A DNA stretch of 25,275 nucleotides, taken from positions 1 through 25,275 of the IMG/VR virus record IMGVR_UViG_3300030012_001854; one strand, 5' to 3'. A program made the translations under genes and the position numbers. Origin of the DNA: a virus (Duplodnaviria; Caudoviricetes). Below, piece after piece: positions 7,343 through 15,900 of this stretch. The notes under the pieces were generated by a model. That model was not told the DNA's origin. It saw nothing but the letters and a program-made list of their open reading frames with translations, and made no database searches. Numbering within the stretch: position 1 is the first letter of the stretch; every line of letters starts with the position of its first letter.

Positions 7343-7863
7343 AAAAGACAGCATTAAACAAAAAGCAATACGAAAAAGAAATTAATAAAATACGTTTATT
7401 TAATTCTTTATATGGTTTTGATTTTGAAACGGAAGTATATGACGAAAAGCTAAACGAATATACCTGGAACGGAATGACACTGGCGGACCATGTAAAAAGA
7501 GACAAGGGCGGAAAAATAAGATTTAGCGCATTAGAGCTTATAAACACCAGGAAAATCTACGTTTATGGACTTGTTAGACGTGTAAGCGCTAACGGAATGA
7601 ATCGGCAAATATCTTTATTTGCTGTTACTAAAAGCGGTGAAATATCAAATTTAACTTATATGGCGCAAATGATTCTGGAAGGTAAAGAGCCGCCAGTTAA
7701 TGCATACCATGAGCATGTTATAAAAGTAACAGGAACTGGAATGGATATGGTTTTTCATCTTGTCTATAATTTGAGTAGCATTCTTTTTGAAGGTATTGAA
7801 GGACTGGAAGGATTAGCGCAGGAAGGAAGAGAAGGATATATTTTAAATAAACGTAATCTTTAG
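7339..7863 (+). CDS. Conserved uncharacterised phage protein (VSxxGMxR...GxGMDMxFHLVY)
   Basis: Motifs RRVSANGMNRQISLF and VTGTGMDMVFHLVYNLSSILF recognised as a recurrent phage family; function unknown to me. Confidence 0.75.
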   Translation: MKKTALNKKQYEKEINKIRLFNSLYGFDFETEVYDEKLNEYTWNGMTLADHVKRDKGGKIRFSALELINTRKIYVYGLVRRVSANGMNRQISLFAVTKSGEISNLTYMAQMILEGKEPPVNAYHEHVIKVTGTGMDMVFHLVYNLSSILFEGIEGLEGLAQEGREGYILNKRNL

Positions 7864-7905
7864 TATAAGCAATTCATTTGCCCTTTGTTAGCTTATACGT
7901 ACTAG

Positions 7906-7958
7906 AGAGAAGCCGCCGCGCGTATCCGCCCAGAGCCGCCGGCGGTTTTTCTTATGTT
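7906..7958 (+). terminator. Intrinsic terminator-like stem
   Basis: AGAGAAGCCGCCG (7906-7918) pairs with CGGCGGTTTTTCT (7940-7952) using G.U on the + strand; U-rich tail; follows the last early gene. Confidence 0.65.
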
Positions 7959-8217
7959 TGACTAAAGCCGCGCGCCCTTCCGTGTTAGATCTAAACAAGT
8001 TATTAACCTGGCATGCGGTATATCGATTTTAAATAATAGTATGGTGATTCTATGGCGAACGCATGCGCAAGCAGTACAACGCAAACAGCGGACAGAACAC
8101 GACACAGCACGACATACGACCGCATACGTTATATATGCAGTATATATTAACCCCCATACTTCAACCGGCGTCGTGCGAATATGTATATGTATAACCCAAT
8201 GTTTACGTGGTAATTTG

Positions 8218-8295
8218 TGGAGGTGGCAGGAGTTGCACCTGCGTTGAGTTAGTTAATTAGGAACAAACAGCTAACTGCGATCTAGTAACACCCCC
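8218..8295 (-). ncRNA. Mini-tmRNA-like RNA: tRNA-like domain only, no internal tag reading frame
   Basis: GGGGGUG/CACCUCC acceptor with G3.U70 and discriminator A; 12-nt unpaired D region UUACUAGAUCGC; AGUUAG/CUAACU stem; AAC-GCAGG-UGCAACU-CCUGC T arm; CCA not encoded. Confidence 0.78.
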
Positions 8296-8302
8296 AGTGG
8301 AC

Positions 8303-8311
8303 ATTGTACCA
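8303..8311 (-). promoter_or_regulatory. Extended -10 promoter of the tmRNA-like RNA
   Basis: TGgTACAAT ending 7 nt before G1. Confidence 0.65.
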
Positions 8312-8353
8312 TATATAGTGGCACTATAGGTGGTATATCACTAGATATAGTGC
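8306..8353. promoter_or_regulatory. Tandem NrdR-box-like operators
   Basis: GTACCATATATAGTGG (8306-8321) and TCACTAGATATAGTGC (8338-8353) match acaCwAtATaTwGtg; 32-bp offset. Confidence 0.65.
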
Positions 8354-8404
8354 TATCGCACTATTCTTGTTATATAGAGCCGAGTCGACCGTATAGATAT
8401 AGCT

Positions 8405-8600
8405 AACCCTGTGTCACTCCCAACCCAAACCAGTTTATTAAGTGTAGTGATCAGTTTTTGCTTCTCTCTCGTATCTAATAAATAAAATGTGAGGAAGGTC
8501 CCTCAACGGACGACTAAGGCGGTCCTGCTAAGCCAACCTATCGATAACGATTCTTGAACATGTGTACCTTGTATAGGCAGGAAGCACACACTGCTTGTTC
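8405..8600 (-). ncRNA. Candidate structured RNA divergent from terL (boundaries approximate)
   Basis: Several stems (AAGCA/UGCUU, CCUGC/GCAGG, CCUAU/AUAGG, UGAGGG/UCCUCA, UCACU/AGUGA) downstream of a minus-strand promoter. Confidence 0.35.
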
Positions 8601-8604
8601 CGAT

Positions 8605-8634
8605 ATGGTACACTATAGCATATAGATATGTCAA
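8605..8634. promoter_or_regulatory. Overlapping divergent promoters at the terL start
   Basis: Plus: TGgTACACT 8606-8614. Minus: TTGACA (8634-8629), 18 nt, TACCAT, and also TGcTATAGT (8620-8612). Confidence 0.5.
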
Positions 8635-10544
8635 ATAAACAAAAAAACACACTCTGTACAGCAGGAGACTGCACCGTCCCTTTACCAGAAGGTCGTAGAA
8701 AATACTGTAGTAATACGTGTGCGGAACGCACAAAGAAGCGTGCATATAGAGCTAATAAATCTACAGAAGATTTCCAAGAAATAAAAGAAGTAGATGAACA
8801 AGTACAGAAACGACGTGGCGACTACTACGCCATTATGAAGAAAAAAAATTTTTTCGACGATATTCTAAGGGGGGACAAGACGAAAAAACAGGTATCGGAT
8901 ATACTATCCTGCAGTCCTGCAACAGTGAGTCGAGCTATGGCAGCGTATCTAGAAGATAAAGCAAAAGAAGCCGAATACGAAAAACGATCCGCAGCGACAG
9001 TGGGGGAGATACAGGAAGCCGATGTCGACGATTTCGTAAAATTTAGAGATGATTATTTCTTAACAGAACAAGGTAAAAATTATGAGACACCAGACTTCCA
9101 AAGAAGGTGGATTAGTGCTATCTTAGATAGTATACAACACGGTAAAAGGTTGATGATACTGTCACCACCTAGACATGGTAAGACAGACTTGTTAACACAC
9201 TTTTGTGTCTATATGATTGCAAAGAATCCGAACATACGTATCATGTGGTGCGGTGGTAACGAAGATATAGCAAAGAACAGTGTTGGCGCAGTGTTAGATC
9301 ACCTGGAGAACAATGAAGGACTCATACAAGATTACGGAGATTGGGACGGATTTAGACCTGCTAATAGAAGCGGAAAAAGTTGGTCGTCCAGTCAATTTAC
9401 TGTTGCAACTAGAACAGTCTCTGGTATCAAGTCACCAACTCTTGTTGCTATTGGAAAAGGAGGTAAAATTCTCTCCAGAGACGCGGACCTTATTATTGCA
9501 GACGACATCGAAGATCATGGCACAACTGTGCAACCTAGTGCTAGAGAAAACACAAGAAACTGGTGGACCACAACGCTACAGTCAAGAAAAGAAGAACATA
9601 CAGGTATGGTCGTTATCGGATCACGGCAACACCCCGACGATCTATACCATCACCTCTTAGATAACAGAGCATGGGAATCTATCATAGATAGAGCGCATGA
9701 CCTAGAAGTACCACTAGAAGACGAAACTATAGACCAAACAAAACACATGTTATGGGCAGAAAAAAGAAGTCATAAATGGTTATTAGAACAATTATCTGCA
9801 GCAGAGACAACAGGTGGTAGAAACATATTTGAGATGGTATATCTTAACAAAGCTATACCTGATGGCATGAGTTTGTTTACAGCAGAAGCAGTAGATAGTT
9901 GTTTAGATCCGTCAAGAAAACTAGGTGACATACCGCCACATACTGCATTGATAGCAGGACTCGATCCGGCAAGTACAGGATACCAGGCAGCAGTATTGTG
10001 GGCATATAACCTACAAACACAACAGATATGGTTAGTAGATATAAAAAACGATCAAGGTGGTGGTATTAAAAAAGCACATGACTTGATGAAGGAATGGTAT
10101 GACAAGTATTGGTTATCACATTGGATTATAGAAGAAAACGGTTTCCAAAAAGCTATAGGTCAAGATAGAGATATACGTAACTGGGCAGCAGCTAACGGTG
10201 TAAGAATAGAAGGACACCAGACATACAAAAACAAATGGGATCCTACCTTTGGTGTTACAAGTATGGTAGGTATGTATGAAAATCAAAAAGTAAATCTAGC
10301 ATGGGGAGACGCTGCAACAAAACGTAAAGTAAATATATTTAGACAACAACTTTTATATTTTTCACAAGCAGGTGCTTCTAATTCACGTAATGTAAAAACA
10401 AAAACTGACTTAGTTATGGCTAGTTGGTTCCCTATGAAACGTATACGTACAAGTGTAAAAATGATGTTAGCAGAAGCAGATAGCGACTATACTCCTAGTT
10501 ATAGTTATTATAAAACAAGTGATTACAATGAGGTTTTTTGGTAA
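8628..10544 (+). CDS. terL: Terminase large subunit with N-terminal Zn-finger and HTH extension
   Basis: Walker A LSPPRHGKT, Walker B LIIADDIED, VIGSRQHPDDL, nuclease AGLDPAS, IIEENGFQ, TDLVMASWF. Confidence 0.95.
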   Translation: MSNKQKNTLCTAGDCTVPLPEGRRKYCSNTCAERTKKRAYRANKSTEDFQEIKEVDEQVQKRRGDYYAIMKKKNFFDDILRGDKTKKQVSDILSCSPATVSRAMAAYLEDKAKEAEYEKRSAATVGEIQEADVDDFVKFRDDYFLTEQGKNYETPDFQRRWISAILDSIQHGKRLMILSPPRHGKTDLLTHFCVYMIAKNPNIRIMWCGGNEDIAKNSVGAVLDHLENNEGLIQDYGDWDGFRPANRSGKSWSSSQFTVATRTVSGIKSPTLVAIGKGGKILSRDADLIIADDIEDHGTTVQPSARENTRNWWTTTLQSRKEEHTGMVVIGSRQHPDDLYHHLLDNRAWESIIDRAHDLEVPLEDETIDQTKHMLWAEKRSHKWLLEQLSAAETTGGRNIFEMVYLNKAIPDGMSLFTAEAVDSCLDPSRKLGDIPPHTALIAGLDPASTGYQAAVLWAYNLQTQQIWLVDIKNDQGGGIKKAHDLMKEWYDKYWLSHWIIEENGFQKAIGQDRDIRNWAAANGVRIEGHQTYKNKWDPTFGVTSMVGMYENQKVNLAWGDAATKRKVNIFRQQLLYFSQAGASNSRNVKTKTDLVMASWFPMKRIRTSVKMMLAEADSDYTPSYSYYKTSDYNEVFW

Positions 10545-12289
10545 TGGTATATACCGCTGACGAATTATTAATTAAGACAGACGACCTTCGTGGCATGCAC
10601 GAACAGAGTGGACATTACGAATATAGAGATAGAGTCCGTTCTATTATGAACGGTGGTGCTAACGGTATAGGCGCATTACTAGGTGACGGTGCAAAAAACT
10701 ATGACACTGACTTACCTATACCTAATCTTATAAACTCCGGTCTAGAACACCTTGCACAAAAACTAGGACGTATGCCAGATATAAAAGTAGACGCATACGC
10801 AGATAGTGACAGAGCAAAAAACAAATCAGAAAAACTAGAACGTATTGTTACTGCATTAGATGGTCATTCTAAGATGGATCAACAAATGCCACAGGCAGCT
10901 AGATGGTTACCTGGTTATGGTTTTTGTGTATGGATTATTAGACAAAAAATGGGACCTGATGGTGTGTTATATCCTCACGCAGAACTCCGCGATCCTTATG
11001 ATTGTTTTCCAGGATATTACGGACCAGACCAAGATCCAAAAGAATTAGCACTTATACGTCTAGTACCTAACGCTGTTATAAAACAAATGTATCCTGCAGC
11101 AAAGATTGCAGTAGATGAGTCAAGTCAATTCCCATCTGGTTACAGTAAGTTTAAATACCATGACGGTTACCAAAGAAGTTGGGGAAACCATTTAGCAGAT
11201 GGTACAGAACTTGTAGAGTTTTATGACGAAGAAGGTACATACGTATTCTTACCAGAAACAAAACAAATATTAGATTTTACACCTAATCCATTAAAGTCAG
11301 GACCAAGATTTGTTATATCTAAAAGATTTAGTTTTGACAGATTGTCAGGTCAGTATGACCATGTACTAGGTTTGATGGCAGCTATGGCAAAAATAAATGT
11401 TTTGTCAATAATTGCTATGGAAGACAGTGTATTTACAGAGACGAATATTATTGGTGAATTAGAGAGTGGGAACTACAAGCGCGGTAGATTTGCAGTCAAT
11501 TACCTTACACCTGGTTCACAGATAGCTAAACCACCAAACAATATTCCATATCAGCTATTTACACAAATAGACAGAATAGAACGACAGTTAAGAGTTGGTT
11601 CTAGTTATCCAGTTAGTGATGACGCTATATCACCTAACAGTTTTGTAACTGGTAGAGGACTACAAGAACTATTATCTTCAGTCGATCTAAACGTAAAAGA
11701 ATATCAGCTATCACTAAAAAAAGCTATGGAAGAGCTAGATTATAAACGTTTAGAAATGGACGAAGCACTTAACGGTACAACTAAAAAACCATTAGCAGGA
11801 TTTATGAAGGGGACTGCTTTTGCAGAACAATATACACCTAGCACAGACATACAAGGTATGTACAAGACAAGACGTGTTTATGGTGTCATGGCAGGTTTTG
11901 ATGAACCTACAAAGATAGTATCTGGTTTACAGTTATTACAAGCAGGTATTATTGACAAAGAGACATTGCAAGAAAACATGGACGGACTAGACAATGTACA
12001 AAAGATAAACGACAGAATCTTAAAAGACGAAGCAGAACGTACATTGTTTGAGACACTAAAAGTACAAGCAAGTCAAGGTGATCCAAAAGCTACGATGGCA
12101 TTAGTACAGATATATAAAAATCCTAACTCTATGCAATCTATACTAGATAAATTTTATACAGCAGAAGATCCAGAAGTACCTGAAGCAGAAGCTGCACTTA
12201 TAGGTGATCAACCACAACAAGCAGTTGCACCACCAGGCGCTGCACCAGATATACGATCATTATTATTAGGAGGTGCGCAAAATGCCTAA
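10544..12289 (+). CDS. Portal (head-tail connector) protein
   Basis: About 580 aa, TAATG-coupled to terL; RDPYDCFP and GQYDHVL motifs; low-complexity P/Q/A tail typical of podovirus-like portals. Confidence 0.85.
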   Translation: MVYTADELLIKTDDLRGMHEQSGHYEYRDRVRSIMNGGANGIGALLGDGAKNYDTDLPIPNLINSGLEHLAQKLGRMPDIKVDAYADSDRAKNKSEKLERIVTALDGHSKMDQQMPQAARWLPGYGFCVWIIRQKMGPDGVLYPHAELRDPYDCFPGYYGPDQDPKELALIRLVPNAVIKQMYPAAKIAVDESSQFPSGYSKFKYHDGYQRSWGNHLADGTELVEFYDEEGTYVFLPETKQILDFTPNPLKSGPRFVISKRFSFDRLSGQYDHVLGLMAAMAKINVLSIIAMEDSVFTETNIIGELESGNYKRGRFAVNYLTPGSQIAKPPNNIPYQLFTQIDRIERQLRVGSSYPVSDDAISPNSFVTGRGLQELLSSVDLNVKEYQLSLKKAMEELDYKRLEMDEALNGTTKKPLAGFMKGTAFAEQYTPSTDIQGMYKTRRVYGVMAGFDEPTKIVSGLQLLQAGIIDKETLQENMDGLDNVQKINDRILKDEAERTLFETLKVQASQGDPKATMALVQIYKNPNSMQSILDKFYTAEDPEVPEAEAALIGDQPQQAVAPPGAAPDIRSLLLGGAQNA

Positions 12290-12524
12290 TCCATACGATA
12301 GAGATATTATGAATATGCAGTTTGCAGATATATGCGAAAACTCACTTATTGATGTATGGCAACGTGCGTCAGAACAAATACTAGATTACGAAAACGAAAT
12401 ATACAAAGATGAACCTACAGTACATGCTATGCCTACAGGTATGGTTGTGCAATACATACCAAACGGTTTACTTATTTTTTTTGGACAACCAATAGAGGAG
12501 GACTTTGATGAGTACGGATTCTAG
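12282..12524 (+). CDS. Small acidic hypothetical protein
   Basis: SD GGAGGT before ATG 12282. Confidence 0.7.
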   Translation: MPNPYDRDIMNMQFADICENSLIDVWQRASEQILDYENEIYKDEPTVHAMPTGMVVQYIPNGLLIFFGQPIEEDFDEYGF

Positions 12525-12969
12525 TAGAGCTAGAGGTAGAAGAGGTGGTGTCAAGAGACCTGCTGCTGTAAGCGGACCAGGTAGATTATCACGTAGAACA
12601 GATGGTGCTGCACCATCAATAGAAGATGTTAGAGGTATGGTTACAGAGTCAGCAGGTGAAGAAACAGAACTTGTAAATCAAGTTAGGCAAGGTAATGTAA
12701 CACCACCACCTGCAACTGTTGCTGCACCAGAAGAACCACAACAAGAATTACAAACATTACCTGCAGGTGCCGCAGAAATATTTGCAGCAGGTGATGACCT
12801 ACCTATAAATACACAATCTACAATGGCACAAGAATCATCATCGTTATTAGAACCTGATGATGTAATGCTTATAAGAGCAATGGCAAAGATAAATCCATCA
12901 CAAGAGTTAATTAGTTTATTACAATTTGCAGAACAAAAGATAAACAGAACACCACAACAATTCGGATAA
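12508..12969 (+). CDS. Portal-adjacent virion-module protein (PAAVSGPGRLSRRTDG)
   Basis: SD GAGGAGG; basic Gly/Arg N-terminus with a motif I recognise downstream of the portal in actinobacterial podovirus-like phages. Confidence 0.75.
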   Translation: MSTDSSRARGRRGGVKRPAAVSGPGRLSRRTDGAAPSIEDVRGMVTESAGEETELVNQVRQGNVTPPPATVAAPEEPQQELQTLPAGAAEIFAAGDDLPINTQSTMAQESSSLLEPDDVMLIRAMAKINPSQELISLLQFAEQKINRTPQQFG

Positions 12970-12970
12970 A

Positions 12971-15900
12971 ATGGGCGTATTTCATTTTGACAATCCTAAG
13001 TCAGAACAAGACTTATACAAAGAGCTACGACAAAGAAAAACACAATGGACAAGAGCGCAGTCTGCTGTAAATAAAGCTGACGCAGAACGTGCTACAGCAA
13101 TAGCACAGTTATATCCTAACTTTTCACCAGATGTTATTACATCATTGACAATGTTGCAGGTAAAACCAGAAGCAGAAGTATTAAATACATTGTCACAAAG
13201 AATCGTAGAACATAACAAAAAAAACACTGTAGAGAAGATATTTGATCCACTAAAAGGTGCTGTAAGGTTTGGATTGCTTGCATTAGAAGATTTATACAGA
13301 ACAACAGTAGATAGACCTATAAACTCTATTATTGCTGCAACAATAGGTGATAATGCAGAAAACTTGTCATTTGCAGACGCATATAAACAATCAGGTAAAT
13401 CTACAGTAAAACAAGTATTTAAGAACTTAGCACAAGGTAAAGACGTAAATTTAGGTGATGGACTGTTACCACAGTCAGAAGTCTTTGATCCAGACAATCC
13501 TAACAGTAAAATGTTTGACGAATACAAATATCTTATACAATCTGGTTTTGACCAACAACGTGCGCAAAGCATAATACAAAATCAATTAGGTTCTGCTATC
13601 ACAGAAATAGATAGAAACATGCAAGAAGACAGTGGTTTGTTTAATATTTCTACAACACTAGGTACAGGAGAAACTGTACAAACACCTATCTCATTAGGTA
13701 GAACTGTTGCATTAGGTGTGTCAGAACCTGGTACAAACGCATTTAACGCTATATCAGGTGTTTTAGACGCAGGTAAAGCATTGTTTTTAGATCCTGCTAA
13801 TTACCTTACATTAGGTGCTGCAGCACTAGCAAAGAGCAGAAAAACACTTAGAGCTAGTGATGACCTTATTGCACAGCTAAAAGGCATAGATGTAAAAGAT
13901 GTAAAGAAAATGACAAAAGCAGAATTAGCAGAAATAGGTATGGTAAACAGAGGTTGGGGACTATCTTTTGTTACACCTAAGTCTGTAACAGATTATCTTA
14001 ACAAAGATCCAGGTGGTATGAAACTTGTTAAGTATTTATCAAAGATAGAGTCAGAATCTAAATTTATGGATATTACAGGTATAAAAGATCCTGGCGTTGT
14101 AAAAGAGTTTATGAAGGTATCACAAGACTTTACAAAGACTGCAGACGAAAAAATATTAGATATGGCTAATTTATTAGATAAAGCTATAGGTTTTAGAGAT
14201 ATGCCGTTTGGCAATGTAAGACCTACTGTAGGTGCTATAGGTAGGTTTTTAGGTGGTACAGCAGAAGCTATTGCAGGTACTAACGTACCACAAGGTACTG
14301 GTGCATTGTTTGGTGCTAAAAAAGTATTTAAGTTAGCACTTATGGATAGTAATTCTAGGTCTGCACGTATTATGGCAACCTATACAAAAGACTTACCTTT
14401 ACGTTATTTAGATAGTGAAAACATAGAACAATCATTTGACCAGATAAAAAAATGGTTAGACCAAACAGATCTAAATAGAAATAGCAAAGATAAGTTACTA
14501 AGAGAAACTATGAATCTAAAAAACAGAGATCAAGCAGGTTTATTTAGAGTAGCTACAAGTATGTTAGAAGAAACAGGTAGAGACTTAGTAGAGAATGGAC
14601 AAGTATCTGCACAAGACGCTAGAACATTTACACGTATTTTTGAAGAAACAATCGACGATATGCGTAAATATTTTATAGATGGTTACACAGGTGACAATGT
14701 TAGACAACCAGGTATGAAGATGAATCCTATAACAGTAGAAGGCAAGATGAAGGCAATGCCTGACGCACACCTTACTACAGAGTTTATTAACAGAACTATA
14801 CCTATGCCAGACGCAGGACAGCTTGCAAAAGCTATGAACAGTATGTCAATACTTAGATCTAAAATGGGCGGTACAAAAGCATTTGATAACTTTTTAGCTA
14901 AATATCCTAAAAAAATGCAAAAAGGTATAACTGGTAGAACAGTTGACTGGTATTACACAGAGTTCTGGAAACCTGCTGTTTTGTTACGTGGTGCATGGTT
15001 ATTACGTGTTGTAGGTGAAGAACAGCTACGTATGTTTACTAGAGGTTATGACAACATATTCTCTAGACCATTATCAATATTATCTTTAGGTTTAGCAAAA
15101 GCTACAGGTGCAGGTAAAGAAGCTGCACAAGCAAAACGATGGACACAAAAAAATGTAGAGTTTAAAGATTTATTAGGTAATCCATTAGATGAGAGTTTAG
15201 AATGGAAACAAGGTTCATCACGTATGCGTGGTGCAAACAATAACGATGAGTTATTTGGTGGTGCTGCACGTAATCAAAGAAAACAACAAGGTAGACGTAA
15301 AAAAGCAGGACCACACGATTATGACGTATTAGACAGAGAAGACGCTATACGTGGTCGATTTACAGGTGATAGAGCTACTGGTAATAAATTTGTAAGAAGT
15401 TGGACAAATGAAGTTGCAAAACTATATCTAGATGATTTGTTTGATTTGTTATTTAAAAATAAATCTAATCCTAAAGCAAGACAAAATGCACTAGAAGACT
15501 GGGTAAAAGGTCAATCACCTAAAGCAAAAGCTGTTATAGAAGAATATGCAAAAGGTGGTACAAGATATGAAGATGTTATGTCTACAGCAGGTGGTAGATA
15601 TGCTTATGCTAAATCTATAGAAGCAAGATTACATCAAGCTGCAGGTGGTGCATTTGACGAAGATATAACAGTTCTAGAAGATGTTATGAATAAATTAGAG
15701 TTTGAAGATATAGATTTTGGTAAAAATCCATTTCCATTGCGTATAGATAAACCACGTAATGAAGACCTATATGCAATGATTACAACAGGTAAATTAAAAC
15801 ATATTGCAACAGAGAGAAATCAAGGTGTATGGACAGACGCTGCATTGCTTACACCTGATCAAATTAAGAACGCAGCAGGTTCTGTAGAACATGCAGGTAA

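Noticed and set aside
8218-8245. attP fragment copied from the host ssrA 3' end
   Set aside because: The matching 5' acceptor strand and a promoter are present, no integrase is in the window, and the T loop (UGCAACU) is non-canonical.
8041-8247. 68-aa plus-strand ORF, possible terS
   Set aside because: No SD, atypical composition, crosses the repeats and overlaps the tmRNA-like gene.
8218-8295. Reading the RNA as a normal tRNA with anticodon CCU (loop UUCCUAA) on an alanine acceptor
   Set aside because: Needs a 3-bp D stem without A14 or G18G19 and an anticodon stem with U-U and G.U pairs; the tmRNA-like helix AGUUAG/CUAACU is stronger. Not fully excluded without tRNAscan-SE.
8091-8400. CRISPR-like or mini-array interpretation of the short repeats
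   Set aside because: No identical 23-50-nt repeats separated by unique spacers.
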